A DNA stretch of 64,000 bases from Octopus vulgaris (lineage: Eukaryota): contig OX597832.1 of the NCBI GenBank assembly GCA_951406725.2, positions 10,230,001 through 10,294,000 of the forward strand. The letters are read 5' to 3'. The position numbers and the translations under genes were made by a program. Below the pieces are notes generated by a model, which saw only the letters and a list, made by a program, of their open reading frames with translations, made no database searches and was not told the origin of the DNA. This document shows positions 1 through 14,199 of the stretch, piece by piece (the first letter of the stretch is position 1; every line of letters begins with the position of its first letter).

Positions 1-292
1 TAATAGAAGTCAGCTCTTTCACCTCTTTAGGATCTAATGTGACAAACAATGCTAAGGTGGATTAAAGAAGTCCAATCACGTAAGTAAAATACTTGTTCAG
101 AGACTTTCGAAAATACATTACATCTCTATTTAGAGAGAACTTGAAATATCTAAAAAAAATAGTAATAAAATCATCGTCAAACTCTGTTGTACGTGGCAAA
201 GACTTGGACTCCCTTCCGCAAAAATATTAAAGAATAATATATATATATATATATAAAATATTAAATATATATATATATATATATATATAAGC

Positions 293-333
<41 letters not shown>

Positions 334-374
334 CATGCCTCTATCTATATAATAATTGAGAGTAATTAGATCTG

Positions 375-1115
375 TAGTCAATAGTCAACAATTTCCACCG
401 GGCCTGTTTTCAGTTTAGCCTCAAAGCTTATTCCAAAGTTCAAACCTTGCAATTGGTCGATGATCAAACGTAATTTGCTTAGTAAAAAGTCCAGCAATAT
501 GTCGCCAAATACTTTCCAAAATAACTGTCTACTTATTACTTATTGCACATGTATCCATGCCTCCCCTTGAATGTGGTAAGAGAGGTAAACTAATCTAATA
601 ACTTAATATTATTGATTTTTCCCCCAAGGTGAACTAATGGAATTACGTAAAATTGTTTCCTAACTTTCAATATTAGTAGAAATACATTTGGCTGAGCAGT
701 AAAAGTCGGACATTGATGTTTGTCCATGGTATGGAAGAAAGTAGCTTGCCGTTATATTGTCTTTACTGGTCGATCAACTTTCGGGCTTGTATGTATGTTA
801 TTTTACTGATTACGCGTGAGCTAAAACTGTAAAACAAACTATGACAACGGGCATCGCAATTTATTTACTGACATTGTAATGTTTCGTCCAGACGTCCACA
901 CACTTTGGGTCATGAAAATGATTCATATGTTTGTAGTATTAAAGGAATTTATTCTCTTCACAAAACAGGCACCTACATACATAATAATGTTTGTCACTCA
1001 AATATTTGTGTTGAAATCTGCAGTTTGTTCTTTGTTCTCCAAATGTGCATTCACAATATATGCTGTTATATGACAGTCTTTGTGACATTCATGCTTTCAA
1101 GACAATTTAAATATT
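375..1115 (-). pseudogene. Possible decayed single-pass receptor (Cys-rich, TM, SEFIR/TIR-like)
   Basis: One frame gives YCECTFGEQRTNC..VCRCLFCEE..IAMPVVIVCFTVLA..LVYLSYHIQGEAWIHVQ*V..GDILLDF with several stops. Confidence 0.2.
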
Positions 1116-1117
1116 AT

Positions 1118-1318
1118 TGTAAAGTATAGAAGCCATCTTAATATGGCTAACCACAAAGGGGAGGGGTGTTACTGTAGCTCTATAGCCCCAGGAGACCATC
1201 GTCTCCAGCTGGCTTTAGCCTAAAGCCAGTTGGAGACGATGATCTCCTGGGGCTATAGAGCTACAGTAACACCCGCCTTTTGTGGTTAGCCATATTAAGA
1301 TGGCTTCCATACTTTACA
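1118..1318. repeat. ~200-bp near-perfect palindrome related to the 352-bp hammerhead element
   Basis: ~100-bp arms around centre 1219; right arm aligns with 28230-28314; possible ATTAT direct repeat at the flanks. Confidence 0.9.
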
Positions 1319-4300
1319 TTATCGAGCGATTATTGTTTACATCTCATTCTGAGATTTAATAATGCTTAAAAATATTATTGTTTTCAAGGCAAAGCATATG
1401 TTAAAGTAAACAACAGAACACCCTATTCCAAGTTCGCTGATCACAAAAATGTATTTCCAGCTTTGTTTAAGTTTATTGCCAATAGGAGTTACTTTATTGG
1501 CAACTCCTAACTATGAACTAGAGAGAATATATGGAAAGAAACAAGCCGGAAGGCAAACGTTTGGAACTCAGTTCAGATTTCAATATTCATAAAATTAACA
1601 CTGTAAAAGAAATATGACACCTTTTATGATGAAAACCATGTGGTAATTAACACTGAGTTGAATTTGAGACGTGTTATTATTCTTATGAGGATAGCTGAAC
1701 GATTTTCCCTCAATGCGACCACAAGTGCGATTACTAAAAATATCATTGAGAAAAACTGTCTATACGCATGCTTTTCATTATGTGTTATAAACATCCACCT
1801 GATTACATTGCCTAGGACCACAACTGCCTTGGGGTTTTGCATGAATGCTATGCAATCCATATTTTTCTCTAGTTTTAATAGTTCAAGCTTTCCTGTACCT
1901 TGGTTACCAAATCGACAACGTGAATATGAGGTATCCTGCGAGGATGTTTCCTCCAAATTCTTTGCAAACCTCACTTAATGGCGTAGAAATTCATTACTCT
2001 CAAATGAAAATCTAATACTAGTTTATATAAAATTTAACTTATGCAATTTTAACGTTTTCGTATTCTATCGCTTCAGGTTGATTAACGTTCTCTGAACACT
2101 ATTTGTAGACGACGTTTCTTTTCATTAAACCGTTCAAAAAATAGTTTATAAGTGTAACCGAGGAATATAAATACAATATCCAGTAATCTCCATATTTGCT
2201 TTTAGCAAGCGTTGATATACAGAACATACTCTTGAAATACTATTTCTTATATAACCGCATTTGTATGACCATAAGAATTCAATAAATATCTTGCTCATTT
2301 GCTTCCGTATATAGCATTTCCTTATAATGAAATATTCATTTAAGTAAGATAAGAAATATATTCCTTTCTTAAATTGAGATGTGTTGTAATTATTCAAATG
2401 TAGTGGCTTCTTCCTTCCTTCTTTCTTCTCATCTATCGATCTATCTGTTTACATGTATGCGTATGTGTGGGTATATGAGTTTGTGTGCACGTGTGCGATT
2501 AAATGCGTGTATGGGGACTATATCTATATGTATGACTGCATTTATGTAAGTATTTATATGTGTGCATATACGCACATATATTAATCTTTATCATTTTTTT
2601 CCACTTGCCACACAATTTTAGAAATGAGATTTTCCTTCACCTCTGTATGCCATACCATTTTCTAAAACGGAAAATGATTTGTAAATTATTTGGCAATTTT
2701 ACTGTGTATACATACGAATACACATATGCATGCATATAGGCATGTATCGATATATATGTTTTGTGACTGCATATCTGTAAACATGTTCATATACATATCC
2801 ACATATATAAATTTATGTATAACGTGAGGCTATTAAATACTATTTATTCTAAATATGCATGGATAGCACAAAATATACAACTGGTATATCACAGTATTTA
2901 TTCCGAATACATGGTTTCTAAAGAACATTATAATAACATGGTATCTTTTTTTATTTTATTGTAGCCTGTGCATTGTCCCGCATTTCAGGCCACTATGGAT
3001 AGCAGTATTAAAAAAGCCAAAGAAGAAATTAAGTAAATGTTTTTTTCTTAACCGATGTGCCAATGCACTGCATCTACTTTTCGTCTATTTCATTCCGGCG
3101 ATTTACGATCTAAATCAATATAGGGAATATTCCGAAGAATATTTGCAAGAAAATACGTGCGAGTCTATTAGTCTTCGCAATTTTCTGCAGGAATAGAATA
3201 AATTCGTAGATGAATAATCAGTAGATGAATTTAGATGAATGTATACGCGAAAAATTCAATGTAAAAAAATATCAGTCATTGCAATTAGCAAGAATTGGGA
3301 GAGATTATCGGAAAGCTAATTCTCAACGTTGTCAATTTGTTGTTTTCTCTCCCATTTATGGAAAGATCTTTTATTTTTGAAGCACCTCATTTATTTCTTG
3401 AGTTTTTATTCTGTATCTGAGTTTCAATTGTCCATTTCGACCTTTTAAAACTATGTTCAGTTTAAAAGAAGAATATTTTATTAATGTTCTTACTAGAACA
3501 TGAGACAATATACATGCACCTAATCTGAGGAATGTAGGTGTCAAACGTTTTTTATTTGCATTATATTTTTGGAAGTTGAAATAAGACGTTGATAATATTC
3601 TTGTGAAAAATCTTTGTTGAATTTAATATTATATTTTATATGATAAATCTGATATTTGAAAAATGTATTATTATCTTGTACATATTGTACAAGTCTTATA
3701 CGCATTATATATGTTTAATATATTATCAGATAATAAATAAGTATTTATTTCTAAAGAAACCCGACGCGAAATGTTGCAGATATTGCTGCTTATGTATTTA
3801 TCAGTTGTCACAAAATACTTTTGATATGACGATCTTATAATAATGGATTATTAATATTACCTTTTCGTGATAATGTTATGCTAAAATGTAACATAAAATT
3901 ATTATACAATTGGCTCTTCTGTTCCGTATTTTTCAGAAACTCTTCTCCGACTCTCGATATTTGAGATACCAATTATATATGAAAATATGTAATAGTTACC
4001 TTATATGGAATTGTTCACTGAGCTACATATGAGGAAGGATTGAAATGAATATCACATCAGCGTATTTAATGTACTCATAAATATTTTAATAACACTACAG
4101 CGGGTTTCATTGTTATATGAAAATCAGCATTTTAAGCAAAGATTGTGAAACAATGGATACAGTGGTAATAATGCGATTCTTACTCGTTTTTAGCAGCAGT
4201 TGTTCAGAATGATGAACAGGTGTTCGAGCCAAAATGTGGACAGGGATTTATGTGGATGCATCATACTTTAAATACAAGGAAACATAATCATAAATAACTA

Positions 4301-5149
4301 TTGGTAATATTGGCAAACGTAACGAGGATATGAATGTTGGTTACAGAGTTGTACACTAAACCTCTTTTAGAGCTGTTTACGCAAGTATATATATCACTTA
4401 TGACGCTACAGCTAATACCATTGTGCATACTGAATCTAGAGTTATGTTTACTAATCTGCTGACATTCTAAGAACCAGGAGTATGATACCATAAAGACACT
4501 ACCGCATATACTGGCAATTCGATCAGCAACGTACAGTCTTTATATTTCACACGTGTTAAATTTAGAATATATTAAACATATTCATGCATCATAGCTTCCA
4601 TGTGAAGAAGTAAAAAGTCATATATCTCCTCTGGGAAAGTGTTGCTACGTTTAATATTTCTTTAAACACAATAAATATATAAGGAAGAGATATTACATTC
4701 AGTATAGCTTTCATAGATTGCGTAACAGAGTATTCAATCGAAATTCTCATACACTAAAATGAAAGGCGTATGTATCTAATGTTTACCTATGTATCTAACA
4801 AGCTCTTTGTCTCCGAAATTGTCTATATATGCATCTGTGCATGTTTATATATGTATACACATATATGCATGTATTTCTCTCTCTTTCTCTCTTTCTCTAT
4901 TTATATATATACACATATATTATATGTATGTATATATATATATATATATATATACATACATACATACATACATACATACATGCATGCATACATACATCGG
5001 GGGAAGAGAAACAGACAAATAGAGAGAAAAAAAGGTTAGAGCCTGCATGATGGATAAAAACAACTCTCGCCCACGCGCACATAACACACTCGCACATATA
5101 TATTAATATATACATACATATAAATACGTACGTGCATATGTGTGTATGA

Positions 5150-5199
<50 letters not shown>

Positions 5200-5614
5200 C
5201 TGGGTATATGAATATATGACACCACGAAATTTTGTGCGCGCGCACTAAGTGTCTGTGTATTCCGTTGCTTACATTTCTTGCACTTAAATGTCCGTGAGTG
5301 CAAGCAGAGAAGACTCGACCGGGGTTAAATCACATTATGTCAGTTTGAAAAGTTCCGAATTATTATTCTCTATAACTATATGTCTTCATATATATCTTTA
5401 CAAAAAGGTATATATAACTATATGTCTTCATACTTAATTCTATTAGGTCATGTGGAATATTTTCATTATAGTTGTTGAGTAAAAATTTGAATAAGGATTT
5501 CACTTAGATATTGTTTTATACACATCGAAAATATAATGTTCACACTAATTCTTTCTATCTCTCTATATGTCACCTGATATTCTTTTATCTATCATTTTCC
5601 CCCACCTTTCGTGT

Positions 5615-5830
5615 GAATGCAAACAGCTGGCAGAATCTTTGCAGCTGCAGGTAAAATGCGTATCTGTATTTCGTCTGTCTTTACGTTCTGAATTTAAGTT
5701 CCACGTTGAGCCACTTTGCATTCAACTTTTTCGAGGAAGATGATGCAAGTTTTAGTTGAGAATTTGGGTCAATTTTATCGATTTAGCTCTTACCCGAGAT
5801 TGCTGTCCTCATACCGAAATTTGCAGCTAT
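5615..5830 (+). mobile_element. Old SINE family B copy
   Basis: gctggcagaatc..tatttcgtctgtctttacgttctgaattta; diverged. Confidence 0.55.
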
Positions 5831-6217
5831 AAGAACGAACAACGTGAATATATATATTTTTTTTCGTGTGTGTCTGTGCTTTTGTATGTGCGCGCGCACT
5901 GACTCATCACTGTATTTTTGTATTATGACACCACATTTAGAAGAGGATAATATCAACAGACACGGTGATTTTATAGCTATACTGAGTATAAAAGCTTTTA
6001 GATAACAATTCGGGAATTTACTTGCATTGCTTTATGTCTCGATAGTTACTTTTCAAACTATAAATATAACCACATTGTTTACTTCATTATTACATTGTGA
6101 ACGTGACCTTCATTTTGTACTTTTATTCCATGTAGAAAAACCCGCTACGTCTGCATACAGACACACACGCAAACATACATACATAAGCATATATACATAC
6201 ATACATACATATATACA

Positions 6218-6334
<117 letters not shown>

Positions 6335-6399
6335 AAATTAACAGAATGAATGAAAAAACTAACAAGTCTGTGACAGATTTCAGAACATATATAAATGGG

Positions 6400-6448
6400 T
6401 CTTATAGCAGTTTCCGGGATATTTTATATATAACCCTTCATCGGAGAC
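6400..6448 (-). ncRNA. Degenerate type I hammerhead motif near (TA)n
   Basis: Minus strand gtct-CCGATGA-agggttatat..atatcccg-GAAAC-tgct-ATA-agac; U4C change and stem III mismatch. Confidence 0.5.
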
Positions 6449-6784
6449 GGTGTGAGAAAATGGTTAAGCAATAGTTATTCTATACAGGATATGAAATAGA
6501 GAGTGAAGTGGAGGAATGAAAATAGACGTGACATATGCAAGGATATTGTATCTTCAGCTGCAAGATCTTTTATTTATAAATGTTCTGAAATATTTCACAG
6601 GTTTGCATTATTATTGCATTCTGTTAATTTTTTTGTAAATATGCCCATGCTGATATATGAACTACGTGAGACTCCTCATTCGCATAATCACCGAAACTGA
6701 GGGCTTAACTATAATCTGTCAATAGCACTTACTCAGCATTACGTGACACTTTTGTGTCTTCTTGACACCATTACCTCTCATGTG

Positions 6785-7166
6785 GAAGCACTTCGTCGGT
6801 TATGACGATGAGGGTTCCGGTTGATCCGAATCAACGGATCAGCCTGCTCGTGAAATTAACGTGTAAGTGGCTGAGCACTCCACATACACGTGTACCCTTA
6901 ACGTAGTTCTCGGGGATATTCAGCGTGACACAGAGAGTGACAAGGCCGGCCTTTTGAAATACAGATACAACAGAAACAGGAAGTAAGAGTGAGGGAAAGT
7001 TCTGGTGAAAGAGTACAGCAGGGATCACCACCATCCCCTGCCGGAGCCTCGTGGAGCTTTAGGTGTTTTCGCTCAATAAACACTCACAACGCCCGGTCTC
7101 GGAATCGAAACCGCGATCCTATGACCGCGAGTCCGCTGCCCTAACCACTGGGCCATTGCGCCTCCA
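6785..7166 (-). mobile_element. tRNA-derived SINE, family A, full length
   Basis: Head tggaggcgcaatggcccagtggttagggcagcggactcgcgg...tttcgattcc (A/B boxes); homologous to 58642-59008. Confidence 0.85.
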
Positions 7167-7462
7167 CATAGGTTATATCTCATAGCTTATATATATGCGG
7201 CCAAAGCATGTCCAAATCTCATACACAAAACCATTATTGATATATATTTATATGAAAACGGCCAAAATCTTATTGGTGGTTAAGTGCCGAGCCCATATAT
7301 CCGCATTTCCTATGTTCTTCCACCCTGACCTATGAAGGGCCTATTTTTAAAACATTACTTTATAGTGACCATACGTATTAAATAGGTTGAGCCTGAGTAA
7401 CATAAGATGTATAAGCAAGCTATTCAAACATTTTATTTTTATATATCCAAAATTAGGGAAAA

Positions 7463-7662
7463 CGAGGTGGTGCTGAAAAGTTCCTGAAAATACAGGATGA
7501 ACAGTTAATCATGATTTTATTCAACATATTCTCTTCTAACATTCATATATTTGTTTCAGAGGTCCTTCGGTGTTCCTAAGTCTTGTAAAAGAACTCGGAA
7601 GATTGGACCACCAACTTGTTCTTTCGCGAAACCCATATAGCCAGGAACTTTTCAGCAGCTCG
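7463..7662. mobile_element. Tc1/mariner-type MITE (~200 bp)
   Basis: Imperfect TIRs cgaggtggtgctgaaaagttcctg / caggaacttttcagcagctcg; TA at right end. Confidence 0.65.
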
Positions 7663-9423
7663 TACATCAAAATCCTGTCTTAATCGTCGTCAGTATGTAA
7701 GGATAATATATATATGTTTATAAATTTACGTAAAATTACTGATTGCAGGAGAGCATATGAAAGCACATTGAAGTCATAGGTAAAATGTTGTAGTCGGAAA
7801 TATTGCATGTCAATTTGGTAACGGTTTGCATCGTTCCAGAATCTGGTTTCCACGTTTGTAGAAATAAACTGTGAGCAGAATTTGATAGTTAAACGGAGAT
7901 ATTATACCTACATACATACATTACGTAATATAGCTTAACATAACACAGCTATAAATATATAATTATATACATTTATTGGGGGCTAAAATTATATCGGTTA
8001 ACTATTTTGTAGAATTTAGTTCCGCAGGTCAATTTCAGTGATTGATCTATGGAACCGAATCCCTCCATATGTTTATCCCATTCAATTGTTAGTCCTCAGT
8101 AAATGTATATCATCCACTGTCTGTGTGTATTTTCCTATATCATTATGTTGCAACATACCGATTTATCTTGGTATATGGACCACGGTTTTACAAATATGAC
8201 TGCTGAGTCTTTGGATTCGAGTTACCTGGATTCCAGCATTAATCTCCAAACATTTTTGTTAGCTTCATATATTTATCTACAGATAGCTTTCAAAATGTTT
8301 TCATCTGTATTACTAATCCCTTTTAAATTTCTTTTTCTTTTTGATGTTCGACTACATTTAAAAGGGTGTTCACATGTGTGTGTGAGGAGGTGTGCATGTG
8401 GGTGTAGGTGTGTATACACCAATGCTTATGTGTACAATGATGTTATATATAATGGAAGAGATACAGAGAGAAAAAAGTATATACGCAATTTCCAACAGGA
8501 ATTATATAGCTTGTATGAATCATGATATTTATTTCTTTAACTTACGAAGAATATGCTCTAAAACACTTTGAAATTAATTTTGTACTCTTTCATGCCAAAC
8601 CACGGCAATATTGTTTACGAGAATGATAGAAAAATCTATGTATTAGTTTAATATTCAATAATATATCACGGAATATGCATGCCCTACACTACCAACATGA
8701 GCTCATATATTTGTAGTATCCATTTATGACAAACTTTATTCGAAATTAATGGACACCTCGTTTCAAACATCGATTTGAAATTAATTTCAAATTGTAAATA
8801 ATACTTAATTGGAAATATATTTCCTGAGCATAGATAATATATCTTCTTAGAAAGTTTAATTGCTCACAGACATAAGAGATCGTAATAAATTGATCTCTGC
8901 CTGAATGAAGCATACAACGGTATTGTCTACTTTCTTAAGTAATATGTTCACATATGATAAAGGCGGATAAGGAATCACAAGATTTCCATCAATGTTATAT
9001 TAAGTTTGCTTCCACTATAGTGGCTTAAATGCCTTTTCGGAAAATTACCTTATACTTATTATGTAATTACATCGTCTACGACATATTGAAATCGGGATTT
9101 ATGAATTTCTCTTTTGTGATATCAATGCCATTATTAATGTAGTTTATTATTAATATAATGTAATGCTGCATTGACATGTGCGAGCACAATGTGATTCACA
9201 TGGAACATACACGGTATAGTTTTCGCTTCTAAATTATGAATTGTAAAGCGCGACTGGTTTACCTTTGATTGCAGATTGCATCTATACGTACTCAACAAAT
9301 GACGCATTGCTAAAATAAAATTGGAAATCGTATACAAAGAATGCAAAACGAAATTTCATACAAACATCAACTATGTTTTAATTAACAAAATATGCTTTGA
9401 AAACGCAAAAAACAATCTCTTAC

Positions 9424-9599
9424 ATCTCGGAATTTTCCATCGAAATCCCAGCGAAAACAGGCAAATACATGATGTACCAAAGTTAGCTTCTTACTACAAA
9501 GCGAAATGTGCCGTTGTTGCGAGAACAGAACAGCATGTCGACTCCTCCGAACCATATGCACATGCAATTCCGTTTCGTACTAGATATATACCACAACAA
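9424..9599 (-). other. Candidate spliced exon (176 nt), possibly 5'UTR or lncRNA
   Basis: Acceptor tgtgttttcag, donor gat|gtaaga; upstream donor gcgc|gtgagt near 9804; locally CpG-richer; no recognisable protein. Confidence 0.3.
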
Positions 9600-10029
9600 C
9601 TGAAAACACAAGTATTTTTCAAAGTGCAGGTTTAATTGAATCGCGATCAACATTTTCGCAAGTTCAATAAAATGATATGCTTAAAATCAATGTATACAGT
9701 TGATTTATTGAAGCATTTACTAAAACAAGATTTACGAAAGCTAGGGAAATGATATTAACGTGCAAGTATGATCAGTTACTAATGTGAAATTTCCGAATAC
9801 TCACGCGCAGAGAACCATACATATTCGCTTCGAGTGAAACAAGCAATTATATGGTAAGACACCGGATCGAAAAATAAAATGCGTTCACAACAAAAAAGGG
9901 GGAATACATATACGGGCACCGCAGTACGAGCAGAAAGATATTCAGGTTATGTATACGATTAACTGTACCCAGCCGAGTATATCATGATCCCTGAGCCTAA
10001 TCAAGGAACTCACATTGCTCTAAATATAC

Positions 10030-10450
<421 letters not shown>

Positions 10451-12493
10451 CTCTCTTTGTTCACGTGAAGCCAATCCACTCACAAATTACTTGCCACCTC
10501 AGGACATTAGGAGGATACACTTACTACGCAGTGGTACTGGAACCAGATCAAAGTAGTAAAGTAGTTGTGAAGTAAATTTCTTACCACTTAGCTGCGACTG
10601 TGAACATAATACGAATAATATATTTGGTACATTATTAATACTGCTTTCATAAGCAGATGATAAGTTTTTTCTCTATCTTATAAAACTTCCGATTACACTA
10701 CTGGTGATTTAAAATAAAATACGTTAAACACAAAATAATGTGAGGCGTTAAAATTTATAAATTCATTACATGCAACAAATATATAATTTTACACGCGAGT
10801 GATTGAATGTATAAATACATAATTAATTAGAAAAATATGTCTTTAACAAATGCAATGAATTTGACAGAAGTGAGTAACATTAAAATTATCTTTCTTATAG
10901 ACGAAATAATATTATTAACAAAAAACTTTTAACTGTGAACATTAATATAATTCGTAGATACAATAACGAATTAAATAAAATTATTTCGTGTTGAAAACAG
11001 AGATTATTCTCCTATGTAAAAGCTGAGATTTTCTATGTTAATTTGTATTAGTCGTCCGGGAAAAATATCAACCAATTTTAAATTGAAATAAAATATAATG
11101 AGCATAATGAATATATTAATCTCGGTAACTAAAGCACATATTGAAAACCTGTGATTCAAGCTATTTAAGTTAAAAAAGTAAAACGTTTTTTCGATAATTT
11201 TTTTGCTGCTACGTTGAAATTATATTTATTTTTAAGTATTCTGCTCATAGGACTTTGAATTTAAAAAATAAATCATGAATAATCATGATGAAATTAACAC
11301 AATAAATCCATTCATTCTTTTGGCAAAAATCTGCTTAAAATTTTCGAAATATTTTCATTAAGAATTAAGAATATTTCTGAGATTAAAAATCAATTTGTAT
11401 AACAGCATTCTCTCAGTTTTGTATTCGAAATTTTTTTCAATGTTATGAAAAATGATTTCCACTCTTGTTAACACAAATCATTAGCTTCATTTATAATCTA
11501 AATATTTTCAACCATAATCCTCCTGTATTGAAAACAGCTACTCACACCATTATACACTACAGTTGAACTCATAAGATGAATGCGAAATTCGATTTATGAT
11601 TATAAAAATTCATATCAAATGAATGTAGAATTGTGAATAAACTGAAGCATCATGATTGCGTTAAAAAGGAAGCAATATTCAGCATGAGATAAAGGAAGAT
11701 GATATAAGACAGAATATCCTAGAAACGGTTTCAAAATACACTTTTCTGTGTATGGTATATAGATGTTGTGTGGATATTACATAATTTAGGTCCATTATAG
11801 GATATATACGGTAAAACCCGAAGAGTATAAAAAAGCTCACTAAAAGTAAATACAAAGATGTAGATTCAATCATTCCATGCCAGATAGATTTATGTGAAGA
11901 TCATGGGATACTCGTTATTCAACCATTCAAAGTTGACAATTTTCCACTACAACTGACAATACTAATCGTTATGTTATGACTTGACATTGCGGGACGTCTT
12001 TCTCAGTAATAATTAATATCCTATAAAACCTGCAAAAAAAGTGCAGTTCACTTTATTAGTTCAGGATTGGATGGAAGGAAGGTTGATCTCAAAAAATATG
12101 AGGTTCAAAAACTAATTTCAAGCTAGTGAGAAAGTTACTGAATTTATGCACGTATATACAATTTCGAGAAATATAGATTGTAGAAAAATATATCTTAGAG
12201 TCACAGATATAGAGAAACTAAGGTTAATATTTTTTACATTAAATATTACAAGAATATTTCTGTGCACATAAGTTATATTTAGATGTCCTTTCGTAGATAT
12301 CATCCTTTCTACTATTACCTGACCTTTTTAGTGGGAACGCAGTACATCTTTGATAAATTTATGCAGTTCACTAGAAATATAAGTTTTCATTTATACGGCT
12401 ACTGCACTGCTAAACTGTACATTAATATATGTTTCAAATTTTGACATATAAGCAGGAAAAAGCAACGATGTCAAGCAAATAAGAAACAAATAT

Positions 12494-12649
12494 GTAACAA
12501 TGATGTCAAAATAATAGTGCATTACGGCCGTTTCAAGGGCCTCCACAATGCAAACATTACATTAATTTGAATGTAATGCTTGCACTGTTTGATTAAATGG
12601 AGGAGCCTAAAACGGCCGTAATGCACTAATACCTTGACAACCTTGTTAC
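12494..12649. repeat. Inverted repeat carrying the 3' half of a hammerhead on both strands
   Basis: tagtgcattacggccgttt 12515-12533 pairs with 12610-12628; inner hairpin also present. Confidence 0.75.
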
Positions 12650-12799
12650 TTATTGGCTTTTTGTACAGTTTCGCGCTGTGCAGCTAATACCGGACTGACG
12701 TGGTGCCTCAATTAAAATACCTAATTCAACTGAAGCTTAAATTTTCCTTATGCATATATATAATTATCTCTATGTGTGTGTATGTGTTTGTCTATAAAT

Positions 12800-13025
12800 T
12801 GCAAGCTGTCGATTAGAATGTAACCGGCTGCTCGTGAAATTGACGCGCGTGTGAGTAGACCACAAATACGCGTGATAGAGGATATAGTAAGGTTGGACGA
12901 TTGGAATACTACCCACCCTTTTCCACCAGCTGAATGAACTGGAACAATGTGAAATAAATTGTCTTCCTCAAGTATAAAATGCGCCGCAAATTGAACTCCC
13001 GACCGTATGATCATGCGTCAAATAA
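12800..13025 (-). mobile_element. Diverged SINE (family A-like tail)
   Basis: ctgctcgtgaaattgacg tail motif and a degenerate tRNA-like head. Confidence 0.5.
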
Positions 13026-13090
13026 CGCTTCCACTACACCACGCACCTTGTTTACACTCTCTTTGACACACACACACACGCACACATATA

Positions 13091-13165
<75 letters not shown>

Positions 13166-14199
13166 TGTGTGAAAGAGAGTGTGGACGAGTGAGTGTGTAG
13201 GACAGAGAGAGAGACAGATGGACAGACTAAGAGACAGACAGAGAAACATAGATAAACACCGAAATGCTTTTACTTCTTCAGAATCAATGCAATTGATCTA
13301 AATATGTCTTCCTTTTCTTTTTCGTGAGAGGGATATAAAGAGAGGGAGAGAGAGAGAGAAAGAGAGAGAGAGAGAAATAGTCATGCAGCGGATGCTACTA
13401 TTCCTTCATGGAAATGTGACTTACAGATATCTATTTCTAGTAAATACAGTTGAAGTATAATGTCATATTTGCATGAACCATACGTATGCCGGATACATGC
13501 ATAATTAATAGAATTTATAACAGAATGTTTTATGCATAATTTTTAATGAATTGTTCTTCTTCAAAAATAAGGACCCATTATTTATTCATTCATAATCTGG
13601 AAGATACTGTAACATAATGGACAGCACTATGTAAGATATAAGAACCAGATCTGAAATCGCCTGACATCAGTGAATATTTTTCTCATGGTTAACGATCTTT
13701 ATATAGAGAATTAATGCATACATACCTAAGTATAAATACAAATGCACACACATATATGTGAATGTGAATATACACATATTTAAGAGAATGTATCATGATT
13801 TATGAATATTTTGAGTGTCGTATATTTTTAAATGACTATATCAAAATGATTTTACATTCGTAAAATGTATTTAGTCAAATGATATTGCTATTTATAAAGC
13901 TGCAGAGGATTTCATTCTAGGTCTCTTTTAATGATCGTGAAAACTTTTAGCAAGTTTTTTATAAAAACTATATTTCTGTGATTTATCTATTAATATTCTA
14001 TAAATATGCCATAAGGTGAGTCGGTTAACTTATTGGAATTTTGTCCGTTTTTACTTTATGTTCATAGTTCAAATTCCTGCGACGTCGACATTGGGTTCCA
14101 CCCTTCTTCACCGATAAAGAAAACACCATTTGAGCCTCGAGGTTGTTGCAATTAACTTACCTCAGTTTCTGATAATACTGGCCTCGTCCCAGGAATGCC

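Noticed and set aside
2965-3032. Plus-strand mini-exon PVHCPAFQATMDSSIKKAKEEI
   Set aside because: Good splice signals but no phase-compatible neighbour or recognisable protein
11770-11980. Protein-looking open stretch (VKPEEYKKLTKSKYKD..)
   Set aside because: No family recognised; flanked by stops
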